64,000 bases of DNA from Squalus acanthias. Its lineage: Eukaryota. Position numbers and translations under genes: made by a program. Below the pieces are notes generated by a model, which was given only the letters and a program-made list of their open reading frames with translations, did not search any database and was not told the origin of the DNA. The DNA is taken from positions 4,278,001 through 4,342,000 of the forward strand of contig CM059432.1 of assembly GCA_030390025.1 (NCBI GenBank), read 5' to 3'. Positions 23,218-34,889 of the stretch are shown here, one piece after another (the stretch's first letter is position 1; every line of letters starts with the position of its first letter).

Positions 23218-23950
23218 CTGACACTCCCAGTGCAGTACTGAGGGAGTGCTGCACTGTCGGAGGTGCCGTCTTTCAGATGAGACGTTAAACTGAGGCCCCG
23301 TCTGCTCTCTCGGGTGGATGTGAATGGTCCCACAGCTGTTATTTCGAAGAAGAGCAGGCGAGTTCTCCTCTGTGTCCTGGCCAATATTTATCCCTCGACC
23401 AAGATCATTATCACATTGCTGTTTGTGGGAGCTTGCTGTGCGCAAATCAGCTGCCGCGTTTCCTACATTACAACAGTGGCTACGCTCCAAAAGTACTTCA
23501 TTGTCTGTATTGGTAGCACACTCGTCTCTGAGTCAGAAGGTTATGGGCTCAAGTCCCACTCCAGAGACTTGAGCACATAAAGCTAGGCTGACACTCCAGT
23601 ACAGTGCTGAGGGAGTGCTGCACTGTTGGAGTTGCCGTCTTTCGGATGAGACGTTAAACCGAGACCCCTCAGGTGGACGTAAAAGATCCCACGGAACTAT
23701 TTTGAAGAAGAGCAGGGGGAGTTCTCCTCGATATCCTGGGGCCAATATTTATCCCTCAATCAACAACACAAAAACAGATTATCTGGTCATTATCAAATTG
23801 CTGTTTGTGGGAGCTTGCTGTGTGTATATTGGCTGCCGCATTTCCCACATTACAACAGTGCCTACACTCCAAAAAGTACTTCATTGGCTGTAAAGCGCTT
23901 TGAGACGTCCGGTGGTCGTGAAAGGCGCTATAGAAATGCAAGTCTTTCTG
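23218..23950 (+). mobile_element. Two tandem Deu-domain SINE copies (23218-23505, 23510-23950)
   Basis: Body and tail match other copies. Confidence 0.85.
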
Positions 23951-24424
23951 TTTAATAACCTGGTTCCGTGTTGCAACGTCTCGGTATTTCTAGGTATAAC
24001 TTCGAGAGTTTCATTTATTGTGAGTAAGGGGAAAATAGCACAACTAAGTTCGACATAGAAAAATGATGAAAATCTAGCAATGATATTTCAGGTTAATCTG
24101 GTGCAGCAGCAGCTCTCCTTGCGCGACTATAAGTATCTCCAAAAGAGCTGTGAGGATTATGGCGGGTCTCTGGAGGTGACGGTAGGAGGTATATGCACTG
24201 CTGTGATGTTAATTAACCGCTGCACGCTGCCAGCCTCCAAATATAAGGGCTGATTGGAAGGTATAGATTTGTGGAGGGAGTCTCACAGTTGGATTAATTG
24301 AGCAATCGCTTCTGCTTTACTGCTCTCTAAAATTAACCCTTTGAAAATATTCATCGTCGCAAGCTAAATGTTCCAAGTAAAATACTGAACCGAAATGTCC
24401 CTTCTTAAAACTTTATCTTCTCAC

Positions 24425-24612
24425 CATTCATAGAACGATACAGCACAGGAGGAGGCCATTCGGCCCATCGTGCATGTGTCAGCTCTTTGAACAGAGCTCT
24501 CCGATTGGTTCCACCCCCCCCCTGCTCTTTCCCCATAGCCCTGAAAATTAGTCCTCTTCAAGTACTTGTCCAATTGTCTTTTAAAAGTTCCTACGGAATC
24601 TGCTTCCACCAT
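24425..24612 (-). mobile_element. CR1 3' fragment
   Basis: VEADSVGTFKRQLDKYLK plus tail. Confidence 0.8.
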
Positions 24613-24832
24613 GTCCTGTGGTTACTAATTCCATATTGAGCCAATACTGAATGTGATGCTGAAACTGATAGGCTGCGTAAACAAAAGGGGAGTAGTAGCA
24701 TTTTTGTTACCATGTTTCTGATTACTTTTTCACCCCATCTCCAGGTGAAACCTCCTACGTAATGTCAATGGAGGGGTTTTTAGCAGCAACAACATGCATT
24801 TATATAGCGCTTTTAATGTAGTAAAACATAAG

Positions 24833-25593
24833 GGGGTAAAAATTGAGTCGCGCCCCATTTGGGGCGCTAACCTCGCCGGGGCGCGACTTTTAGCGCCCCG
24901 AAAAAATTAGCAGCCCCGCGCCGGAACTTCAGTGGTTGCGCCCCAAGAGGGAAGCGGGGCGCAACTGGAAGCAGCCCGCATCCCTCTTGGGGCGCTGCGA
25001 GTGAATATCCTGGCGCTACGTGCCGCAGCGCCACGCGCTGCGGCACGTCGCGCCGCGGTATTGCAGGCCTTCCTCCCCTTCTTAAAGGGGAGGGACCCTG
25101 CGCAGCGCGAACCGGGGCCCAGCTGGGCCCCCAGGGATCGGGAGTGCCGGCAAAAGAGCCCGGCACTCAAGAGAAGTGCCGGGCTCTTGGAGCGCAGCCG
25201 GCACTTCACGGTGGGGGGGCTTCACGGGGGCCGGGGGCAGGTGCTGGCAGGCGGCCAGCAACAAAAATGGCCGCCTGCCACCTCCGCTTTAAATATCGCC
25301 GCCCCGGCCGCACGTACGCCTCCCTGAACCCGTCGGACATAGCGTCTGGCGGTAAATCAGGGGGCGCGACTGAAGATCACGGCCGGGGCGCGAGCGGGGT
25401 GCTGCGCACGGCGATGACGTCATCGCCGGCGGCGCAGCGCCACAGGGCGCTACCGGCTGCCGCCGCCGCTAACCTCCCACTAAATTTTTCGGGAGGCGTG
25501 GGCGGCGCTGCGCCCGGGTGTTAGCTGCTTTACGCCCCATTAGCGCCCTCTTAAGGCGCTAACGGGAGGCGCAAGCAGCTGAATTTTTCCCCC
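24833..25593 (-). mobile_element. Non-autonomous MITE related to the autonomous Harbinger (family A)
   Basis: TIR GGGGTAAAAATT/AATTTTTCCCCC; TSD AAG (24830-24832, 25594-25596); right ~65 bp nearly identical to reverse complement of 39883-39950. Confidence 0.9.
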
Positions 25594-25888
25594 AAGGACT
25601 TAAGAACATAAGAACTAGGAGCAGGAATAGGCCACTTGGCCCCTCGAGCCTGCTCCGCCATTCAATAAGATCATGGCTGATCTTGGGCTCAAAGCCACTT
25701 CCCTGCCCGCTCCCCATAACCCTTCACTCCCTTATCTTGCCCCCGGCCGACCTCCCCACCCCCGCCGATCCTCCGGCCGACCCTCCCGATCCCCGACTGA
25801 CTCACCCCATGATCCGCTACCGAACCCCCCCCTCTCGCTCCTCAACCGAACCCCCCGCGATCCCCAACTGACCCCCCAACCCCATTCG

Positions 25889-26285
25889 TTCCAGGGCACT
25901 TCACAGGAGCGTTATCAAAATTTGACACCAAGCCGCATAAGGAGATATTAGGACAGGGAAAGAGGTAGGTTTTAAGGAGCGTCTTAAAGGAGGAGAGAGA
26001 GAGGAGAGAGAGGCGGAGAGGTTTAGGGAGGGAATTCCAGAGCTTAGGGCCCGGGCAGCTGAAGGCACGGCCGCCAATGGTGGAGCGATTAAAATCGGGG
26101 ATGCACAAGAGGCCAGAATTGAAGGAGCGCAGAGATCTCGGGGGGTTGTGGGGCTGGAGGAGGATGCAGAGATAGGGAGGGGCGAGGCCATGGAGGGATT
26201 TGAAAACAAGGAGGAGAATTTTAAATCTGAGGCATTGCCTGACCGGGGGCCAATGTAGGTCAGGGAGCACAGGGGTGATGGGGAA
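25889..26285 (-). mobile_element. L2 LINE 3' fragment (its tail lies at ~24786-24830, separated by later insertions)
   Basis: ITPVLPDLHWPPVRQ..FKILLLVFKSLHGLAPPYL..GGRAFS..LWNSLP..FKTLLKTYLF. Confidence 0.88.
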
Positions 26286-26309
26286 ACAAGCCGTAATATC
26301 CCTAATCAG

Positions 26310-26763
26310 AGTGTCAGCCAGTGGCTCCACGGGCAGCACCCTCGCCTATGAGTCAGAAGGTTGTGGGTTCAAGTCCTACTCCAGAAACTTGAGCACAAAA
26401 CTCCAGGCCGACACTCCAGTGCGGTGCTGAGGGAGAGCTGCACTGTCGGAGGTGCCGTCTTTTGGATGAGATGTTAAACCGAGGCCCCGTCTGCTCTCTC
26501 AGGTTGACGAAAAACGGCACTATTTCGAAGAAGAGCAGGGGAGTTCTCCTCGGTGTGCTGGCCAATATTTATCCCTCGATCAACATCACTAAAAACAGAT
26601 TATCTGGTCATTATCGCATGGGAGCTTGCTGTGCGCAAATTGGCTGCTGTGTTTCCTACATTACAACAGTGATTACACTTCAAAAAGTACTTCATTGGCT
26701 GTAAAACGCTTTGGGACATCCTGAGGTTGTGAAAGGCGCTATAGAAATGCAAGTCTTTCTTTC
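26310..26763 (+). mobile_element. Deu-domain SINE, near full length
   Basis: B box GGTTCAAGTCC, body, tail. Confidence 0.87.
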
Positions 26764-26793
26764 CGAGGAAACGCGGCAGCCTATTTGCACACA

Positions 26794-27266
26794 GTGCCAA
26801 CACTCCCCACAGTTCAGACAACGCACAGCGCCAACACTCCCCACAGTTCAGACAACGCACAGCGCCAACACTCCCCACAGTTCAGACAACGCACAGCGCC
26901 AACACTCCCCACAGTTCAGACAACGCACAGCGCCAACACTCTCCACAGTTCAGACAACGCACAGCGCTAACACTCCCCACAGTTCAGACAATGCATAGCG
27001 CCAACACTCCCCACAGTTCAGACAACGCACAGCGCCAACACTCCCCACAGTTCAGACAACGCACAGCACCAACACTCCCCACAGTTCAGACAACGCACAG
27101 CGCCAACACTCCCCACAGTTCAGACAACGCACAGCGCCAACACTCCCCACAGTTCAGACAACGCACGGCGCCAACACTCCCCACAGTTCAGACAACGCAC
27201 AGCGCCAACACTCCCACAGTTCAGACAATGTACAGCACTAACATTCGAGTTCAGACAATGCACAGA
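26794..27266 (+). repeat. 34-bp minisatellite array (~14 units) inside a minus-strand SINE (26766-27400)
   Basis: Unit GCCAACACTCCCCACAGTTCAGACAACGCACAGC. Confidence 0.95.
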
Positions 27267-27654
27267 AATTAGATAATGAACAGATAATTATTTTCAGTTA
27301 TGTTGATTGAGGGATAAATATTGGCCCCAGGACACCGGGGAGAACTCCCCTGCTCTTCTTCAAAATAGTGCCATGGGATCTTTTGCATCCACCCGAGAGG
27401 GATGTTGGTGCTGGGAAGCTGAACACTTTCCATTTTGGAGACACAAGCCTTGATTTTCTGGCAGGTTTAGCACGTTCGTCAGAAATTGCTCTTTCTACCA
27501 TTTTAGCAGAAATATTATCGGTTTATTTTAATGGAGTTGAAATGGCAGAGAGAGGAATTTCAAATGAACATGTTGAGTGCGCATTTGCCAGTATTCCATG
27601 GTGTAATTTCAGGGCTCTAATGTCAGCATCGAGTGCTCCAAGGTCAGATATAAA

Positions 27655-28110
27655 AGAAAAAGAAAGACTTGCATTTCTATCGCGGCTTTCACAACCTCAG
27701 GACATCCCAAAGTGCTTTACAGCCAATTTTTGAAGTGTGGTCACTGTTGTAATGTAGGAAACGCAGCAGCCAATTTGCGCACAGCAAGCTCCCACAAACA
27801 GCAATGTGATAATGACCAGATAATCAGTTTTTAGTGATGTTGATTGAGGGATTAAATATTGGTCAGGACACCGGGGAGAACTCCCCTGCTCCTCTTCAAA
27901 ATAGTGGCCGTGAGATCTTTTACAGCCACTTGAGAGAGCAGATGAGGTCTTGGTTTAAAATCTCATCTAAAAGACGGCACCTCCAACAGTGCAGCACTGC
28001 ACTGGAGTGTCAGCCCAGATTTATGTGCTCAAGTCTCTGAGAGTAGGACCTGAACCCACAACCTTCTGACTCAGAGGTGAGAGTGCTGCCCACTGAGCCA
28101 CGGCTGAACC
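27655..28110 (-). mobile_element. Deu-domain SINE, near full length
   Basis: Reverse complement of SINE consensus seen elsewhere in window. Confidence 0.87.
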
Positions 28111-28399
28111 AATGTTGGGCTCTACCTCGTTTCAAGGTTTGAGGGGGTGGGGGGTGGGGTGGTGGGTTTGCCCTGATCCATTGGTTGTGGGACAACTTAG
28201 CTCTGCTTAGCGCCTGTTGGCCTTTGGTGTTTAGCTTGCAGGCGGCCATTTATGGTCACTTCACTGCGTTCATCGCCCATTTAAAGGTACACCTGCCGCA
28301 ATGCACCAGGCACCTAGTACCCTGGCATGAGGGTGATGCAAGAGCGCGGATCATGAGTCTGAAGAGGACGAGGAGGGATGGTTCCCCACGACCACAGTG

Positions 28400-28610
28400 A
28401 GTGCCTCGCAAGTTGTCGGAGGCGAGGGTAAAGCGGGCAGGGGAGAGGGGAGGGGTTTACGGAGATGGATGGTAGGGGAGTAACGAAGTGGAGGGTTATC
28501 TATGCTCTCCAAGGTGGTCTTGGAGTAGTGGGCGTTCTTGGCAGAGGAGGCTGAGGCCTGATAGCGCTTGACATGGAAACCCTGCCACCCTGTTCCAGTC
28601 AGCAGACTAG
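28400..28610 (-). mobile_element. Old L2 ORF2 relic
   Basis: Reverse translation HVKRYQASASSAKNAHYSKTTLESIDNP resembles L2 ORF2 linker. Confidence 0.45.
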
Positions 28611-28712
28611 GTACGTGCTTTATATGGCCATCTGTGTGATAGCATTAGCGCAGCATTGGCTGATCTACTGTTAGCACTGCACCTTACCACCTCCAATATT
28701 AGAACTTGGGGG

Positions 28713-30165
28713 CTGTTAGCGCTGTGCATTGTCTGAACTGTGGGGAGTGTTAGCACTGTGCGTTGTCTGAACTGTGGGAGTGTTGGCGCTGTGCGTTGTC
28801 TGAACTGTGGGGAGTGTTGGCGCTGTGCATTGTCTGAACTGTGGGGAGTGTTAGCGCTGTGCATTGTCTGAACTGTGGGAGTGTTGGTGCTGTGCGGTGT
28901 CTGAACTGTGGGGAGTGTTAGCGCTGTGCGTTGTCTGAACTGTGGGAGTGTTGGCGCTGTGCGTTGTCGGAACTGTGGGAGTGTTGGTGCTGTGCGTTGT
29001 CTGAACTGTGGGAGTGTTGGCGCTGTGTGTTATCTGAACTGTGGGGAGTGTTAGCGCTGTGCGTTGTCTGAACTGTGGGGAGTGTTGGCGCTGTACATTG
29101 TCTGAACTGTGGGGAGTGTTGGCGCTGTGCGTTGTCTGAACTGTGGGAGTGTTGGCGCTGTGCGTTGTCGGAACTGTGGGAGTGTTGGTGCTGTGCGTTG
29201 TCTGAACTGTGGGAGTGTTGGCGCTGTGTGTTATCTGAACTGTGGGGAGTGTTAGCGCTGTGCGTTGTCTGAACTGTGGGGAGTGTTGGCGCTGTACATT
29301 GTCTGAACTGTGGGAGTGTTGGCGCTGTGTGTTATCTGAACTGTGGGAGTGTTGGCGCTGTACATTGTCTGAACTGTGGGGAGTGTTGGCGCGGTGCGTT
29401 GTCTGAACTGTGGGGAGTGTTGGCGCTGTGCGTTGTCTGAACTGTGGGGAGTGTTGGCGCTGTGCGTTGTCTGAACTGTGGGAGTGTTGGCGCTGTACAT
29501 TGTCTGAACTGCGGGGAGTGTTGGCGCTGTGCGTTGTCTGAACTGTGGGGAGTGTTAGCGCTGTGCGTTGTCTGAACTGTGGGAGTGTTGGTGCTGTGCG
29601 TTGTCTGAACTGTGGGAGTGTTGGCGCTGTGCGTTGTCTGAACTGTGGGAGTGTTGGCGCTGTGCGTTGTCTGAACTGTGGGAGTGTTGGCGCTGTGCGT
29701 TGTCTGAACTGTGGGGAGTGTTAGCACTGTGCGTTGTCTGAACTGTGTGAGTGTTAGCGCTGTGCGTTGTCTGAACTGTGGGGAGTGTTGGCGCTGTGCG
29801 TTGTCTGAACTGTGGGAGTGTTGGCGCTGTGCGTTGTCTGAACTGTGGGAGTGTTGGCGCTGTGCGTTGTCTGAACTGTGGGAGTGTTGGCGCTGTGCGT
29901 TGTCTGAACTGTGGGGAGTGTTAGCACTGTGCGTTGTCTGAACTGTGTGAGTGTTAGCGCTGTGCGTTGTCTGAACTGTGGGGAGTGTTGGCGCTGTGCG
30001 TTGTCTGAACTGTGGGAGTGTTGGCGCTGTGCGTTGTCTGAACTGTGGGAGTGTTGGCGCTGTGCGTTGTCTGAACTGTGGGAGTGTTGGCGCTGTGCGT
30101 TGTCTGAACTGTGGGGAGTGTTATCATGTGCGATGCTGAAACTGGGCAGTGTTAGCGCCCTGTGT
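28713..30165 (-). repeat. 33/34-bp minisatellite array (~43 units), inverted relative to 26794-27266
   Basis: Unit GCTGTGCGTTGTCTGAACTGTGGG(G)AGTGTTGGC; degenerate edges. Confidence 0.95.
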
Positions 30166-30689
30166 TCTGAAAGAAAGCTCTATTAGAAACACAGAGTTAC
30201 CCTTTACATTAGGAAGCCAGTGACCACACTATGGTGTAGAATCAAGGCACTATAATAGCTATTTCTCACCTCTTACGAAGAGTCTATTAACAGATTCTGA
30301 GGTTTTACATGTGTGACTGTGGGTTGTTAATGGTGATAGCACGGAAGAGTACAAGTTCACCTTCCAGCACTGGCGTGTACTGCAGCTTATAAAAAAATAA
30401 CTTGTTTATAAAAAAGGCTGCTTGTGTCAGGGATTTAGTAGCATAGAGATTAACGAGGAAAACTCAGTTCTTGTTGTCTTGCTCTCAAATAAATTAATTA
30501 GTACTGCAGGTACAAAGAACAACTGCAAATTCTGGTAATCTGAAACAAAAACTGGCAAAGCAGAGTACAGCACGCAGCTTCTAAAAGAAGTAATGGGCTG
30601 TGTAACTTATCAAAACTAGCAGAGTCAGCATCCAGAAGGTCCTTTGTCGGACTGAATGAAACAAAGAAGGATGAACAAGTAAAAGAAAA

Positions 30690-31262
30690 AAGAAAGACTT
30701 GCATTTCTATAGTGAGATAAGAAAAGTACTAGGCACTTGGTCTAAGCGTTAAACAAAGCTTTAATCAACTGTTTTTCAACATGGAGATCTAGTTGTGTCC
30801 TTCACTAGTTCCTGTTGAGGAATGTCCTAAGCAAGCTGGGCCCATGCCCGAGTATTTATACTCTCCCTGGACAGCGCCACCAGCAGGCCGCCCTGTAGTA
30901 CTTCATACATGAATGACAAGATTCACATCATATAGCGCCTTTCACAACCTCAGGACATCCCAAAAGCGCTTTGCAGCCAATGGAGTACTTTGTGAAGTGT
31001 AGTCGCTGTTGTAATATGGGAAACACGGCAGCTAATTTGCGCACAGCAAGCTCCCACAAACAGCAATGTGATAATGACCAGATAATCTGTTTTAGTGATG
31101 TTGGTTGAGGGATTAATATTGGCCAGGACACCCAGGATAACTCCCCTGCTCTTCTTCAAAATAGTGGCTGTGGGATCTTTTACATCCACCTGAGAGAGCA
31201 GACGGCGCCTCGGTTTAATGTCTCATCCGAAAGACGGCGCCTCCGACAGTGCGGCGCTCCCT
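30690..31262 (-). mobile_element. Deu-domain SINE interrupted in its tail by a solo LTR
   Basis: Tail ..GCATTTCTATAG resumes as TATAGCGCCTTTCAC at 30931. Confidence 0.85.
30713..30930 (-). mobile_element. Short solo LTR (218 bp)
   Basis: TG..CA ends; 5-bp TSD TATAG (30708-30712, 30931-30935); minus-strand TATAAATA (30853-30860) upstream of ATTAAA (30760-30765). Confidence 0.75.
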
Positions 31263-31519
31263 TAGCTGATGCAACTGATGCAACACTCCTAAATAATCCT
31301 AGCTCCTACCATCCACGCCGCTAATGCAATGAAGTATTGGTTTAACAAAGGGCCGTTTTTCTTGGCCTGGCACATAGAAACATACACCATTCGGCCCATC
31401 GTGTCTGTGCCGGCTCTTTGAAAGAGCTAACCAATTAATCCCACACCCATACCCTTTTCCCCATAGCCCTGCAAATTTCTTTCATTTTTGAGTATACAGT
31501 ATATCCAATTCCCTTTTTC

Positions 31520-31917
31520 TTTATTCATTCACGGATATGGGCGTCACTGGCGAGGCCAGCGTTTATTGCCCACCCCTAATTGCCCTCGAGAATGTGGTGG
31601 TGAGCCGCCTTCTTGAATACAACTAAGTGTCTTGCTCCGTCATTTCAGAGGGGCAGTTAAGAGTCGACCACATTGCTCTGGGTCTGGAGCCACATATCGG
31701 CCAGACCGGGCAAGGGCGGCAGATTTCCTTCATTAAAGGACATTAGTGAACCAGATGGGTTTTTGTGACAATCCGGTAATTACATGATCACCGTTACTGA
31801 TACAGATTTATTTTAACTGAATTTAAATTCCCCAGCTGCCGTGGTGGGATTTGAACTCACGTCTCCAGATCATTAGTCCAGGCCTCGGGATTACTCCAGC
31901 AACATAACTATGTTGCC
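31520..31917 (-). mobile_element. Second tRNA-derived SINE family, sharing its 3' tail with the LINE at 56337-57295
   Basis: Minus-strand B box GAGTTCAAATCCC (~31846-31858); 31520-31617 is reverse complement of 57197-57290. Confidence 0.7.
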
Positions 31918-32224
31918 TTACCCTCTAAAGTTACTGTTAAATCTGATTCCTTTCCGGCAGTGTGTTCCAGATGTGGTGGTGCACGATTTTAGATCGACTG
32001 AGAAAGGGCGAAGATCAGGAAGATCACCATTAAAGATCAGGAAGATCACCATTAAAAGGATGGTGTAGATGGGGCCAATACAACCAAGGAATATTTTGGC
32101 AGCACGCAGTATTGCCTTCGGGGGGAAAAGTGTCAGTGTTTGCCACCACGAATGCGAATACTGTTCCCGAATTGTGCCGGGGAGCTTGTCCTCCAACAGT
32201 GCTTGATGAGAGTCACGAGTTCAG

Positions 32225-33432
32225 GTTGTGCAGTTTTGGTCTCCTTATTTAAGGAAGGGTACACTTGCATTGGGGGCAGTTCAGAGAAGGTTCACTAGGT
32301 TGATTCCTGAGTTGAAGGGGTTGTCTTATGAGGAAAGGTTGAGCAGGTTGGGTCTATACTCATTGGAGTTTAGAAGAATGAGAGGTGATCTTATTGAAAC
32401 GTATAAGATTGTGAAGGGGCTCGACAGGGTAGATGCAGGGAGGATGTTTCCCCTCGTGGGGGAATCTAGAACTAGGGGGCATAGTTTCAGAATAAGGGGT
32501 CGCCCATTTAAAACGGAGATGAGGAGGGATTTCTTCTCTCAGAGGGTCGTGAATTTTTGGAATTCTCTACCCCAGAGAGCTGTGGAGGCGGAGTCATTGA
32601 GTATATTCAAGGCGGAGATAGACAGATTTTTGAAAAGCAGGAGAATCAAGGGTTATGGGGAGCAGGCAGGAAAGTGGAGTTGAGGCCAAGATCAGATCGG
32701 CCATGATCTTATTGAATGGCGGAGCAGGCTCGAGGGGCCGAATAAGAACATAAGAACATAAGAAGTAGGAGCAGGAGTCGGCCATATGGCCCCTCGGGCC
32801 TGCTCCGCCATTCAATAGGATCATGGCTGATCCGAACCTAGACTCACGTCCACTTCCCTGCCCGCTCCCCATAACCCTTAATTCCCTTATCAGCTAGGAA
32901 ACTGTCTATCTCCGTTTTAAATTTATTTAATGTCGCAGCTTCCACAGCTCTCTGAGGTAGCAAATTCCATAGATTTACTACCCTCTGAGTGAAGAAGTTT
33001 CTCCTCATCTCAGTTTTGAAACGGCAGCCCCTTATTCTAAGATTATGCCCCCTAGTTCTAGTCTCACCCATCAGTGGAAACATCCTCCCCGCCTCCACCC
33101 GATCAAGCCCTCTCACAATCTTATATGTTTCGATAAGATCGCCTCTCATTCTTCTGAATTCCAATGAGTATAGGCCCAACCTACTCAACCTCTCCTCATA
33201 ATTCAACCCTCTCATCTCCGGAATCAACCGAGTGAACCTTCTCTGAACTGCCTCGGGAGCAAGTATATCTTTTCTCAAATATGGAAACCAAAACTGCACG
33301 CAGCACTCCAGGTGCGGCCCCACCAGTACCCTGCACAACCGAAGCAAGACCTCCCTGCCCCTATACTCCATCCCCCCCGCAATAAAAGCCAAGATTCCAC
33401 TGGCTGACTCCTGCTCCTATTTCTTATGTTCT
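32225..33432 (+). mobile_element. CR1 3' fragment whose tail is split by an inverted CR1
   Basis: ORF 32228-32683; tail resumes at ~33401. Confidence 0.9.
32743..33395 (-). mobile_element. CR1 3' fragment with A>G-rich 5' end
   Basis: ORF 32844-33392; (CATAAGAA)n tail. Confidence 0.9.
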
Positions 33433-34049
33433 TCTGTCTGTTGGCTTCACGCCAGTTCCACTCATGCCCATTTCTCTGAGCACAGCCGGCGCGCAAAATA
33501 CGACAGAGAACAATTTAAATTGAGACATTAATTCAGCAGTTCTGAAATCTACTTTGGCAATCAAATCAAATTGAATTCTAGCAGAATCGAGCTCAGAATT
33601 GTGCTTGTTATCCCAGCTAGTGTTATGGCTGATGGCAGAAGCAAGTACTTTATGAACACTCCGCTGATCAAAGGGTCTCTCTGTGATGAGCAAGGTAGGG
33701 AAATATCAGAATAAATGATGCTGAGAAATTATGCTGTTTGGATCTCGCTTTGTTATTGTCATCTTCCTTTTCCTAAGAGGAAACTGGATGTAGGAGGTTT
33801 GTTATTGGGAATCATTCATCATTTTAAAACTTTTCAAATAATTTGGAAGGGTATGTGATTAATAAAAAAAAAACTTTGCTATTTACTATTATGTTGGCTA
33901 GCAGTTTTCTTTCTTTCTAATCTCCCTTTTTAGGCTTCTTTTCTATTCCCGTACCACTACAACCGCCAGGAATTACTTGTAGTACTGTTGAGGATTACTA
34001 TAAGTGCACTCTGTGAGTTACGTGCTTTCCCTCTGGATAGACTTGATAT

Positions 34050-34336
34050 GCGTTAAATCGAGGCCCCGTCTGTTCTCTCAGGTGGACGTAAAAGATCCCG
34101 CAGGCACTATTTCGAAAAAGAGCAGGTGAGTTCTCCCTGGTGTCCTGGGGCCAATATTAATCCCTCAACCAACATCACTAAAACAGATTACCTGGTCATT
34201 ATCACATTGCTGTTTGTGGGAGCTTGCTGTGCGCAAATTGTCTGCCGCGTTTCCTACATTACAGCAGTGACCACACTTCAAAAAAGTACTTCATTGGTTG
34301 TAAATGAGCTTTGGGACGTCCGGAGGTTGTGAAAGC
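34050..34336 (+). mobile_element. Deu-domain SINE, 5' truncated
   Basis: Body match. Confidence 0.83.
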
Positions 34337-34339
34337 TTC

Positions 34340-34552
34340 CCCACCACTGACGTTAATCAGACTGGCCTGTAATTACCAGGTTTATCCCTCTCCCCTTTTT
34401 TTTTGAACAAAGGTATAAAATTTGCAATCCTCCAGTCCTCTGGCACCACCCCCCCCGGTATCTAAGAAGGAATGGAAGATTGTGGCCAGCACCTTCGTAC
34501 TTTCTCCCCCTTACTTCCCTTGGCAACCTTGGATGCATCCCATCCAGACCGA
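34340..34552 (-). mobile_element. CR1 ORF2 internal fragment
   Basis: Reverse strand PLFKKK..NYRPV region. Confidence 0.7.
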
Positions 34553-34889
34553 GTGAGACTGTGATTCTGTGATATTTGATTTCATTTTATTTGCGACGAC
34601 TGTATCATGGCCGTCCCGACATTGAAACAAGTTTCCTTTGCCCCGACAACTCCGAACATCTGATTCACGATTCAACGCTCAGTCACACATACACTAATTG
34701 AAAATGTTTTCTCGATTAAAATCAGTCTGCTGTAAAGTTTAAATGCGGCTCTACAATTAACCATTTTTAATATAGGTTCCCAAGGGGGGGAGAATTTCCC
34801 AAATTCCAACTTCTCTCCCCCAATCCCCGCCCCCCCCCCCCCCTTCCTTTCACATACTAGTGTGAAATGTGGGCAGGGGGATAGAATTT

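Noticed and set aside
24867..25524. GC-rich ORFs / host CpG island
   Set aside because: Entirely within a MITE bounded by TIRs and TSD
26794..30165. CRISPR array
   Set aside because: Units are contiguous with no unique spacers, no cas genes, eukaryotic context
26794..30165. RAG recombination signal-like CACAG heptamers in the repeat unit
   Set aside because: No nonamer at 12/23 spacing and no V/D/J segments seen
26711..30186. Repetitive ORFs (QTTHSANTP.., CWRCALSELWE..) as real proteins
   Set aside because: Translations of the minisatellite; mixed 33/34-bp units shift the frame
32011..32056. 22-bp tandem duplication (similar one at ~63418-63462)
   Set aside because: Ordinary slippage duplications with no further structure
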